A DNA stretch of 39,941 nt from Pelomyxa schiedti (Eukaryota; Protista; Evosea): positions 1 to 39,941 of the forward strand of contig JAHLWZ010000237.1 in NCBI GenBank assembly GCA_020536535.1, read 5' to 3'. The translations under genes were made by a program, and so were the position numbers. This document shows, in pieces, positions 12,040-23,293 of the stretch. Below the pieces are notes generated by a model. That model searched no databases. It saw nothing but the letters and a program-made list of their open reading frames with translations, and had not been told where the DNA came from. How positions within the stretch are numbered: position 1 is the stretch's first letter; each line of letters begins with the position of its first letter.

Positions 12040-15000
12040 ATGCACTGTGCCTCTACGGTCTCTGTGGCTTCCACCCATAATGGCGATTTTGAGACCACTC
12101 CTCTGCTGCACAGCGGGGATTGTTCCACCCATCCCACAATGCAATCCGCTGCCTCTGATTCCGCTGCTTACAATACAACAAGATTTTCCCCACCTCTTGG
12201 AAGGAATCATATGCCTCAGACTCAGTCCTTTGGCGTTGGATCCGAAATTCAACTCGGTCTCCTTGTTCAAGGACAAGACCGACATCAAAATCTAACAAGC
12301 ATTAGTTCCAGCTCAATTACTAGTACTGCAAAGAAAAATACTCCCATCTCTACCTCTACGTCTACGTCTACTTCTACTTCTGAGTGGCCCGCATTCAATT
12401 CTGATTATGACATGAAGTGCTATTCAACTTGGCAGGTTTTCTTGAGGCCTATACTGACCCCTGAAGTCGGTGCCGCTCGGCCGGTTGAAAATAAGGCGAG
12501 TGCCGCTGCGATTCCTTCTAACAGGGATGGGAATAATTCCACCGTATCCGACACTACCCAAACCACGACTACATCATCATCATCAACCACTGACCTTAAC
12601 ACCACGACATCAACAACAATATCTAACAACACTTCCGTACCAGTGGAGGCTCTAAATTTGGGGTCCAGTCAAAACACAGCTCCACTTATCGAAGATGATA
12701 CTGAAGAGTACGAAAATCTTGACGAGACCTTGGATATGATTGGACTGGTTGCAGGGCTGCCAACAACAACCATGAGGAGTGGCTCTAATTTCGACGTATT
12801 AAGCTGCTGCTCCAAGGAGATGTACGCACATGGTACGCACTTTTCGGGAGACTCTCTCATTCCAAGGAACGTGGACATCTCTGAAAATGAAAGCACTACT
12901 GTGAAGTTCTCCTTGAGTGAATCATGGGAATACTTCCTTGGATTTTACAAGGTTTGCGCCTTTCATTGTTAATATGCTTGCCCACATATTAAATCAGTGC
13001 GGGGCAGCTATCAGATTTGGGGGTGGCGTGGCAATGGAAACACCAGAGTCCGACATCAGGGTTCACATTAGTTCAGATACTAAGCAAGGGTACGTTGTTT
13101 CATTTGAGTCTTCATTGTTCCCTGGCACTTGGGTTGCGGCTCCCACTCTCAGTGCAAGTGAAGAGAAATCTCCATCAATCCCCCTCTGCACGACGCAGGA
13201 TCACTCACAGAGAGCTTTCTTTTGTATGTTTACCAGTTTGGCTCAAATCCAGCTGACTCAGTGGCCTTAGACATCTCCCTATGTGACAACCGTAAAAAAC
13301 TGGAAGACTCCCGCAATACTATTCGTAAACTGAAGAAGTGGTTGATTCCAGGTTCAAATTCCTTTTTTTTTTTTTTTTGTTTTAACAACTAACTAAACAC
13401 AAAGCATTGCAGTTTGCGGATATTCCTTTGGAGAAAAGTATGGTGTTCCGTGCACTAACCAAAATGGATATCTATAAATGGGCATTACCTCTTGACACGG
13501 TGCTTGCCCTTCCTCATCGCTTGCGGGCTCCAAAAAAAACGTTGATCCTGCAAAGTCTTTTTAGGATTTAATTGAACCTTAGGGAAACCCAGACCTTTCT
13601 TTATGCACTGGAATTCCTTGACGTTAAACCAGGGCAATCACTTCTTCAAGTGAATGTCGGAACGGGAAAAATTGCTCAAATTCTGTGCCATTTACTTCGA
13701 GACGACTCCTGTTCATTCAGATACACCGGGTGGGATATTGATGCGTGCCTAAATTCATGGATAAAGTACGCCCTTTTTATCCAACTTTCCCTGAACACAA
13801 ATGAATGATCACAATCGTTGTTAGGTACACCTTTCGGCACCGCTTCAGTGAGGCACACAGAGTCTCAATCACTGTTCAAAATTGTTTTACTTTTAGTACG
13901 TCGTATAAGGAGAATTTTGATCGGATTCTTTTGCGTGGAAAAGCCCCACAAGGGAGATATTATCAAATAGCCTCACTTCTCAAACCGGGTGGAATCCTTG
14001 TGGTGATCCCTTTAATTTAAATCAACAACTCCCTCACAAAATTCGAAGGGTTCATTTGAAACCTTGTCTGGTGGCAAGTTGTTTCAAGTGCGAAAAGCTT
14101 TAGATGGAACATTATCAAGAACCATTATTCCTGTTTATGATGGTAAAATATTATCCCCTCCTTCAAAAGTAACACCATTGAGTCTCAACGCAGGCATTCA
14201 AATGGAAATTCGTAACCTGTTAGCTCCACCTGTCATTGCTGAAATAAAAGATAGGGTAACCCTTGAAGTTAGGTTTTTGTGGTTTTCTCCTTACATGTCA
14301 TTTAAGGTTGCACAGTTTGCAGGCGACTTAGATGACGAAGAAGGTGTGTTTAAGTAGTCTTGTATAGTTCCTCTTCCTGAAATCTTTCAGAATTACGGCA
14401 ATGGTTGTGTTATTTTGGAGATGCATACAATATGAATTTGAGTAAATATGCCTCTATCATACTCAGTAATGGCTATCCACTTCCCCTCATCAGAGAAGGT
14501 TCTTTGTGGAAATGCATTTGCGGCATCTCAAAGCACCTTCTTTCTTTCTACAGGTGGTATTGCAGTTGAAGATCTGACCCAGCTAGGGATTCCAATGTGC
14601 GATGCCACTGGTCTTGCATTTGCTGTGTCCAAGTACGCCAAATTCATGGAGGATCGAGCGGAAGCGTCTTCTTCTGACACAAAAAGTTCAAGCGCCAAAT
14701 TTCGCTCTTGCGGATCTTCTAACTATGAGTCCAGAGAAGGTCAAGGCCATTGATATTTCCGTGGTAAAGACTCTTGTCAACCTCCTGCGTGTGGATTCAG
14801 TGTTGTCAGAATTTGAAGTCATTCTCGAACTCACGCTGCATTACCATGACTACATCCAGTGGAGAGCTCTAATGGTGGAGTCATTAATTTCGGCCATTAA
14901 TAACGAATTGACTCCTCTCAGGCCAAGGAAATATTTGGCACAGTAGAACAACCAATCAGCGTTCAAGAACTTTCAATTGCACCAATGTTGACTTTTCCAA

Positions 15001-16224
15001 ATAGCAAGTCTCCTGTGACACTCATTTCAGAGGTTAATTGATAACATTTCTTTTGTTTTTTTATATTTATGCAGAGTGCATCTATCGTGCCTCAGACTGG
15101 AATGGTTGATCATTCTTTTGTCTTCTCAGGTGTGTTCTTGGAAATAATGGAGCTGCAGAGGTTTCCGTTCGACAGACAGGTACCGAAATTTCTTTGTTGT
15201 GGTCTCACATTTGTCTGAAGGTCTTGCACATTGAAATGGCTCATGATAGAAAGCATCAGCAAAACATCAGTGTCACATGGAGAGAACTACCAACAAAAAA
15301 TCCGTGAGCCTCCATGCACTTTTGAATTTACCCTTACAACACAAAAAAGAAATGAAGATGATTTAGCCATGATATCTCATGACCGTGAATGGGAAGAAGC
15401 CCATGTGTCGATATACTACCCCCGAGATACAAAATCCAACCTGGTTTGTCCTCTTCCTTAGTAGATTAGGGTTCACAACACGTAAAAGGTGATTGCCGGC
15501 AGAGTTCAAAGTTGAGTTTTCCTCCAATTATGATTTTGCACTTATTTTTTGGACATTCCAGGATACTCGTCGTATTTCATGTGGAATGTCGTGTTTGTGG
15601 TAAACTAAAGCACCTAAATTCTTTTTCTCCACTAAACACAAGGCAGATGTTACTGATTGTTTCCATGTCTTTTCTCACATGGGCTCTCGCTCCTGAAGAG
15701 GGTGGAGACAGACTCAGCCTGAACCTTACCCTTCTGCTCACATCTGTTGCCTACAAGGTAATTCTAAAACATTTCCTTTTCCATTCTAACTGTGTGCAGT
15801 ATGTTATAGCAAGCTACTTGCCTAAAACAGCATATCTAACCATCCTGGACCTCTATGTGCTTTCCTCATTTGTGCTCCTGGTTTTTGTCATTATCGAAAA
15901 TGCAATTGCAGCCCTCTGTGACTCCCCAGCAAATAGAAACCTTGACAAAATATCAGCCATAATCCTTGTCACGGTAAGATAAGCCACTTTCAACTACAAG
16001 TTGCTCACAACTTACTATTTTCACAGACATGGCTCTCAATCAACGCACTTATGGTTCTAGGTTGCATGTTTGGATTCTTCCGGTTGCCGTGGTGCCAGGT
16101 GGATTCACAGCAGGTCATAATGAGTGCCAAAAAGACCAAGTTCCTTGGCTTCCTCTCACGCAGCAAGGCATTCCTCAGTCCCTTCAACCAACAACAGGAA
16201 CAAGAACAGGAACAAACACCATAA
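12040..16224 (+). CDS. Chimeric Cys-less (Pro-loop) pentameric ligand-gated ion channel subunit with N-terminal S/T-rich region, PCMT-like methyltransferase domain and sterile-alpha motif; multi-exon
   Basis: MTase: ALEFLDVKPGQSLLQVNVGTG...GWDID...FDRILL...LLKPGGILV. Sterile-alpha motif: ELRQWL...LSKYASIILSNGY...EDLTQLGIP. pLGIC: LRVDSVLSEFEVILELTLHYHD, PMLTFPNS, Pro-loop MELQRFPFDRQ (15147-15179), M1, M2 GDRLSLNLTLLLTSVAY, LPKTAYLTILD-M3 and M4. The exons from the start through the Pro-loop join in frame via short GT-AG introns; the two junctions just before M1 were not fully resolved. Confidence 0.85.
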
Positions 16225-16410
16225 TTAAAGTGGGTTTTTGTGAGATACCCTTTTGCCAGAGAATACCCTTTTTGGTGGTCACCACCGCAGTAGCGAGATA
16301 TTACGTCGATCTGCTACACTTTCGGTAACGAAAGGGACGGGTGTGGAGGACTAATAAGAGGCAATAAATTCAGGAATTATGGCCATGAAGTTTAATGGTT
16401 ACTGTACATG

Positions 16411-18232
16411 TTATGACGAGGTCTGTACTATGATGTGGTCGTGTGGGAAGTTGTCCTGCAGAGCTTTTTCAATGAACATCAAGGTGTTGGTGGTGGCACT
16501 CGGGCAGCCGCAACAAGCTCCCGTGTATTGCACAAATACCTTCCACATGGGCTTGCTCTCTGTTTTGAGTTAGTTACAACTGCAGCTGTGTTTTTGGGAG
16601 GAGACTTACCGGGATTGGTTGTTGTTTCATCAGCAGCAGGCTGCACAAGCTCCACGCCTGTGATGCCAACACTGCCGCCATCAGCAGCGAGTGTGGGAAG
16701 GACCTTCTCAGTCAATACACTTGACAAGGTTGCCTCGCGCTGGTTCGATGGAATTTGCATGAGGCTGGGTGGGAATGTTGTGGAGTGCATTGCTGAGCTT
16801 GAGTCGTGGTGAGGTGGTTGTAGTGGTGGCGTGCTGTCCGGCTCTTCTTCCCGCATAGATTTAAGGATATCCACGAGATATATTTTCCTCTTGTCGTGGC
16901 CGCCTGGGGCAATGCATGATTTACAGTAGCCTACAGATTATTAAGGCTTCATTCATATTAAGACACTATTGAATGTGTACCTCCCGCTTTTGTGAATTGG
17001 GTAATTTCTTCCACAGTCTTCAGGTTATTTAACCTGAACATGCTTTATTTAAAATGGGAAAGATAGGTGAATGGAACTTATACCGAATTGCATCCTTGAT
17101 GGAATTTAAACTGACACGAGCGCACTCACAAACTATCTTTTGAAGTGTTGTCAGAGAAAAACACTGTACAAAAACTTATTACGCACATCTTCATCTTCCA
17201 GAGAATTCACCGATGCTCCATTAGCACTGGCGACTGCCCGTTTTATGACATCATGAGCCATCACACTGCAGTGCATTTTCTGTGGTGGGATTGCAGGCTT
17301 GTCGGGGCTGTCTCGAAGATAATTTTCCACTGTTAAATTCTAGTGAAGCCTTGTTGAGAAGAAAGATAGGAAACGGAGCCAATAAACCGTTATCTTAAGA
17401 GCTTCTTCTGGAGTTTTTCCAACACAAAGTTCAGCAGCCGCATCACTAGACGCGATTGCCGTACCACAACCAAATGTCTGAAGTAATATTTATACTCTAA
17501 AAATGAACGAATGCGCACATACCTGAAATTTTGCATCTTTGATAACATTTGTCTTATTATCCACAGCCCAGTACAATACAACTTTATCACCACATGCCTC
17601 TGCCCCGTATGAAGCCACTATTATTGTTACCAAACAAAAAACAACCAAAGCAACAACAAATCGCAATCCAAATCACAACCACCATCTAATGCAAACACCA
17701 AGGATTGCTATTTTGCCTCGCGGCCCTCGGCGGAATCACAATNNNNNNNNNNNNNNNNNNNNNNNNNNATTCTCAGCACTGGAGCTTTCACAAAAAAAAA
17801 AAAAAAAAAAAAAAAACCTCAAACCCACACACAACTCGAACAAATAGACAAGCCACAGTCAGGCGTACCAACCAAATGGCAACCAATGGCAGTGGCGTGA
17901 TCCTCGGTTATTGCACCCCTGTGCGCGGGTGCCTCCATCCTCCTCAGCACCTTGTCGCTGTACTGCGACCACAGCGACCCCCCGACCAGCGCATCCCCCC
18001 CTCCCTCCCTCTCCCTCCCCCTCATCTCCACGCCCCGCCTCTGCCGCCCCCCTCCCGTACCCGTGCCCGTACTCGCAGCAGCAGTGGCGGCCCCCCGCAG
18101 CTGCCCCTGCCTCGCGGTAGCCACGTGCGACACCCACGCCGTACCAAGCGACGTCCCCAGCCCCTTGCTTGTTGTGCTCATGCGCACCATCGCCATTCCC
18201 CACGTGTCTCTCGCAATTCCCCCCCACATCAT
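16411..18232 (-). CDS. nifU: NifU Fe-S scaffold, epsilon-proteobacterial type (IscU + central 2Fe-2S + Nfu domains), with an N-terminal extension; start may be at 18232, 18196, 18190 or 18181
   Basis: [114 protein letters not shown] and [11 protein letters not shown]. The first intron contains a gap and an artefactual insert. Confidence 0.93.
17645..17791 (+). repeat. Inverted copy of a ~121-bp piece of the P5A-ATPase 3' region, interrupted by N, inside the NifU intron (probable assembly artefact)
   Basis: Reverse complement of 18554-18674 and about 18775-18894, with an internal N run and a poly-A junction. Confidence 0.8.
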
Positions 18233-18398
18233 TTTTTCCCCTTTGTTGTGTGGCTTTGGACAAAAAAAAACAGCAAAAAAACAAGGAATTCAAGCGACTT
18301 TCTGCTCTCAATCGCGGCACTCGAGGAGAAAAAAGTTCCACAAGGGTTCGAGTAAAGTCATGTAATGCCTGTCCCAATTGAGGAAGTAATTCCGGGTA

Positions 18399-21300
18399 TT
18401 AATTCAATCGGGTGTTGTTGCGTGTGAAAATGAGCCTGGCTAGCCAGTCTGCAAGGAACGAGAATATGCAATCACTCAGCATTATACACACTAGGGACCA
18501 CCGGTGGGCCGGCGTTGGAAGTGGTACTAGCTGGAAGTATTTATTCCAGTCCGGTGAAAGCTCCAGTGCTGAGAATATTGTGATTCCGCCGAGGGCCGCG
18601 AGGCAAAATAGCAATCCTTGGTGTTTGCATTAGATGGTGGTTGTGATTTGGATTGCGATTTGTTGTTGCTTTGGNNNNNNNNNNNNNNNNNNNNNNNNNN
18701 NNNNNNNNNNNNNNNNNNNNNNNNNNNNNNNNNNNNNNNNNNNNNNNNNNNNNNNNNNNNNNNNNNNNNNNNNNGTGAAAGCTCCAGTGCTGAGAATATT
18801 GTGATTCCGCCGAGGGCCGCGAGGCAAAATAGCAATCCTTGGTGTTTGCATTAGATGGTGGTTGTGATTTGGATTGCGATTTGTTGTTGCTTTGGGCAAA
18901 AAACAAATACCTTTGTTTTCAGTGAGGCTTTGCATGAATGGGTGTCCCTCGTAATTCACGGCAAATGTAGCAAGTTGCATGGCACATGAGACAAGGAATA
19001 CGGCTGTGTTGACCAAATTGGGCTGAAACACTGAATCAGGAGACGGGTGCGGCGGAATTACTCCCGGTTCGACGGGGGCTGTATCCCAGGGAAAGGTGAT
19101 AGTACTGGCCCGGGCAATGTGGAGTGACAGAACGAGGCACACAAAGTGAACCACAAACTGAAGGAAGACGGAAACAGGAATGACTGGATGGAAAAGAGTT
19201 TTGATGGGTCGCTGTTTGGATAGCTCTTCGAGTGGCTGGGAGCGGGATATCTAAATTGCAATTAATGCCTTATCCTGAACTATAGACACATACAAAGAGA
19301 AAGCAGAAGGCAATCAACATTCCAATTACCATAGCTTGGAAGTCACCAAGTTTCACGCCATCAATATACAGAACACTCAGTGTATATGCTTCAAAAAATT
19401 AGTGACGATGTGAGAGGTGTGGGCATACCTGATATTAGACAATTCATTGCCAAAATTTTGTACATTTGCAACGTTGTCACAAGTGTGCACCTCCCTTGCT
19501 TGACGATGTGACATACAGGAGACACACTTGTCGACTTGCAAGTGAAGGGGCTAGCAATAGAGGCATCTCCCAATTGAACTAATGGAGCATCTGCTTCTGC
19601 AATTTCCGCCATTAGTTGTTGGCGGTACCTTTCAGCGGGAGTTAGGGTAGGGGAAGCAGGGGTGTTTAGTTTTTTCGTGGAAGTACGATGAGAAGATTGT
19701 GGGGAAGTGTTCGGCGATTGTGTGGCAGCTGTTGGGGATGATGTAGCTGCTTTTTGAGTTTGCGTCGACGGTGCTAGAAGAGCAACCCCCACATGTGCTT
19801 GCTTCAAACCACCTACATCATTCACACCATCGCCACACATCAAAGTTACTGTTCCAAGTGCATTCAGCATGGTAATTGCGGCTTCTTTTTGCTCAGGTGA
19901 AACGCGAGCAAAGACTCTCACACGAGGAAGAAGTAAGCGGAGGTGTGGAGTGTCACTGAAAGCAGTAAAAGTCTCCCCACTCACACAGAGATTGTACTTG
20001 CCTTTTCCGACATTCTTTAGGGCCTCTGGTGTTGCAGGTATCCTGACTATCTCGTCAACACTGACCCATTCCAACTCTCCTGAGCCCTCCTGCCGGGTGA
20101 GTACTAGAATTGTATGGCGAGCAATCCCAACGTCATGTGCAACATAGCAAGAGGTTAGCGTGCTATCTCCAGTGATCATCACAACTTTATGTGACGATTT
20201 TCTGAGCTTTGTGATGGTGGAGCGAGTGTGTGGCTTGAGAGAGCAAGCAAAAAGAGCGAATCCTGCAAACTCGAAGCCAGTTTCTATGGTTTCTCTTGCT
20301 GAGGATAATGATGTTTGTCCAATACCCGAGTTACTAGATATTTTGTGGTAACCTAGGGCTAGCACACGAGTTCCTTGGCGTGCATGGTACCGGTAAAGGT
20401 TGTCATAGTTTGGAGGAAGTGTCTCCGGAACGAAGAGAAGTTTCATAACTTCTGGTGCGCCTTTTGAGACAACCCATGTAGATTGTTGGTGATGATGCCC
20501 GCTTTTGTCTTCCACAGTGATAATAGTAGACATACGTTTTAATTGGGAGGTAAATGGGAAACGATGGGTGACGGTGACACTGACACCAGAAATGTGCGAC
20601 TTCTTTTCTGGGAGAGGAGTGGCAACGTCATTCTTCACACTCCATCCTATTCCAGAGAGTGCCGCAACTTCCAGTGGATCACCTACAATCTGTTTCTCCA
20701 CTCTGACTAGGGAATGGCAACCAGCAAGTACATATAATGAAGGAAACCCCATTTCATTAGGTGGAGTAAGGAGACCGCCATCAATGTTCTCATTGGTATC
20801 CTCGACCTCTTTCTTGGCTTCAAGGTTATCCTCACCCTTCTTGGGTTCTGGGTGCTTCCCCTTACAACACCCCACGACGCCTTGGAAAACCAATTCGTCG
20901 CTAGTCAGTGTTCCGGTCTTATCAAAGCAACACACATCAACAGCTCCAGCAAATGGGATGCGGAATGGCTCCGTACAAAAAACTCCCAGCCGCTTAAGTG
21001 CCAATAGAGAGGTATTCACAGCAAGACTCAGCTCCATAGGAAGTTCAGGTGGTACAACCTATACAAAAATCAGCTCTAATCAGCACTGAAATGATGCATA
21101 CCGAAGTAAGAATGAGAGTGCAATTGAGCAACAATTTGTATCTATTCCTATTCTCCTCGAGCCCTTTGTGTAACACATATCCAGCAGCGGCAATAGCAAA
21201 CACAAGCAGGAACGCAATGAAAATAAGAGCGGATCCTCCTGTATCCACAGTGACACGCTCACAGCCATATAGAATTGTACGCATCAAACTTCCTTGACTT

Positions 21301-23127
21301 GTTTCAAATCCAGTACGTAGAACACAGGCAACACAACCGCCATCAACGGGTCTAGAAAAGCTTGCTGTGGATTGATGTTTTTGAGGGGGTCCCATGTGCT
21401 GAACAACAGTGGTGCCACCAAAAAGGATGTGCTGTTTGTGGTGAACAAGCGAGAGAGGTGTGGCCGGTGGAAGGGTATTGATTGATTCCTTCAGGTGTGG
21501 AGTGGATTCACCTGTGAGCATTGCTTCATTAAGGACACATGAGCCACTGAGAATGACCGCGTCGCAAGGCATAACCTAATGTTCACTCAGTGGGGGGGAC
21601 AAGCGAAATAACTCGGAGACTGCCACTCACAAAAGGAGCTTTGGTGCTTCCTCTGACCACCGAGATTATATCCCCTGGTATAAGCTGATCAGAAGAGATG
21701 GGTGTCCACTTGCCAAATCTAAGTGTATTCAGGTTCTAAAATTGAGTTTAATGATTCCAAAACTCGTCGTGACAATAAACCTGAGGAGGCTTGTTAACCA
21801 TATCTCGTAGGGTAGCTAAATTTCTCATTCTAGATTTTACAACTGTGGCCTCAAAGACCTGAGCACTAGTTATCAAGGGAATCTAGTGTAGAAACTTCGT
21901 ACCATTAACAGAACGAGCATGAACAATGCATACTGAGGGTACTCATCAAGACACCATAAGCCAACACAAAATACTTGAAACACAAAGAAAGGGGCGAGAG
22001 CTTGCTCTTTGTATAACTCAAAGAATCCACGTACAGGGAAATCGAAGTGATTTTTCCCGTGTTTTTCCTTTCCACAGTGTGAAATGAATGTGGAGAAGGG
22101 AATGGAGCATACAGTTGCCGCTGCCAAGTGGGATTGACTAGTGTGACCTGGGTGAGACAAATATGTTCCCACTGGAAGGTCGATAGGTTGTCTAAGAGCC
22201 TGGAATGTACATAATCTGGGATGGAAATAAAATTTCGTCTGGGTATAATAAGTCAATGGGGAGAATGAAATTAGGCTGAACAACTTTCTGGTAGACAAAA
22301 TAGCAAGACCAGTCCCCAGGGTCTTCAGTTTCACAAGAAAACGGAAATTCGCTGAGTCTTGGTATCGGCGCGCTCGAATCGGGAGATACATGCACTATGG
22401 GACACAATTCCACAAGACCCTTGTGTATCACAGGGTCCACCTTCACATGTGTAACACCAAGAGAAGAAAGAGAAGGAACTTTTGCTCCCATAAGTTCTGC
22501 TGACGGCTGTGGTAGCTTGATAGGGGTGTACGCAATCCAGCAGCGAATCCGCACGGACCAGTACATGGCCAAATGGAAGCCCGCGTGAAGCAGCATAACG
22601 GCGATTATGGGAGACAGCGAGATTATGACCTCCACGGGAAGATATCCCCCGGCGATTTTGACCTCGTCCGACGTGGTGCCGTTGGCAATGTCGCTCAGGT
22701 TGGTCCCATAATCCGGCACCCCACTGGCGTTTCCCCCTTCTACTTCGCCTTCTCCCTCGTAATTCCCCAGCTCCACCGAGGCGGCGTCGCTCCCATTCCC
22801 AGCCCCTTCGCCTCCCACAACTGCGACGGCGGCAGCCCCGTCGCCGCCGTAGTAGCCCATCAGCAGCGACACCGCCACCGCCACCGCGGCGCCGTAGAGC
22901 GCGACGAACGGCCCAACGTTGAGCCTCGCCAGCGACCCCCGCCGCCTGTACAGCCTCACGCCCTCCACGATCCCCCCGCCTCCCGCTCCCTCTCCCACGC
23001 CCGCGCCCGCGGCCACGCCCACGCGCGCTCCGTCGTCCCCGTCCCTCCGTGCCCCGGCGCCCCCCAGCTCCAACTTTGGAGTGGCTATCTCAGCGCCGCT
23101 GTGCCCCTCGGCCACATCACTGTGCAT
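18399..23127 (-). CDS. ATP13A1: P5A-type ATPase (Spf1/ATP13A1), multi-exon
   Basis: [131 protein letters not shown] and [11 protein letters not shown]. Confidence 0.95.
18554..18894. repeat. Direct duplication of ~121 bp on either side of a ~100-N gap (unmerged contig overlap)
   Basis: GTGAAAGCTCCAG...TTGCTTTGG occurs identically before and after the N run, and collapsing the two copies restores the ATPase intron and last exon. Confidence 0.85.
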
Positions 23128-23293
23128 TTGCTAGATTCGCTTGATTATGGAAAAGCTCTGTGATGGGACCAATTTTTCGAGGTGCAGACCCTTTTCTCTC
23201 CCCCTTGGCTAAAAAGCTCTGCATCTTCCCTGCAGAGCAGGGTTTCCGGAAACACATTTTTTGGTGCCTCCTTTTTCTCATCGGGATTCTTTC

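Noticed and set aside
2197-18232. Aconitase and NifU as an Fe-S gene cluster
   Set aside because: They are about 11 kb apart with four unrelated genes between them, and nifS is absent. Chance proximity is sufficient.
17645-18894. Three copies (one inverted, two direct) of a ~121-bp ATPase fragment, suggesting an inversion switch or antisense insert in the NifU intron
   Set aside because: Every copy abuts or contains an N gap, the copies have identical ends, and collapsing them restores normal genes. This is best explained as scaffolding or gap-filling error.
22573-23163. Long antisense or alternative-frame ORFs in GC-rich 5' exons (also 17705-18365, 27538-27984, 20505-21089)
   Set aside because: These are shadow ORFs caused by high GC and codon structure, with no recognisable motifs.
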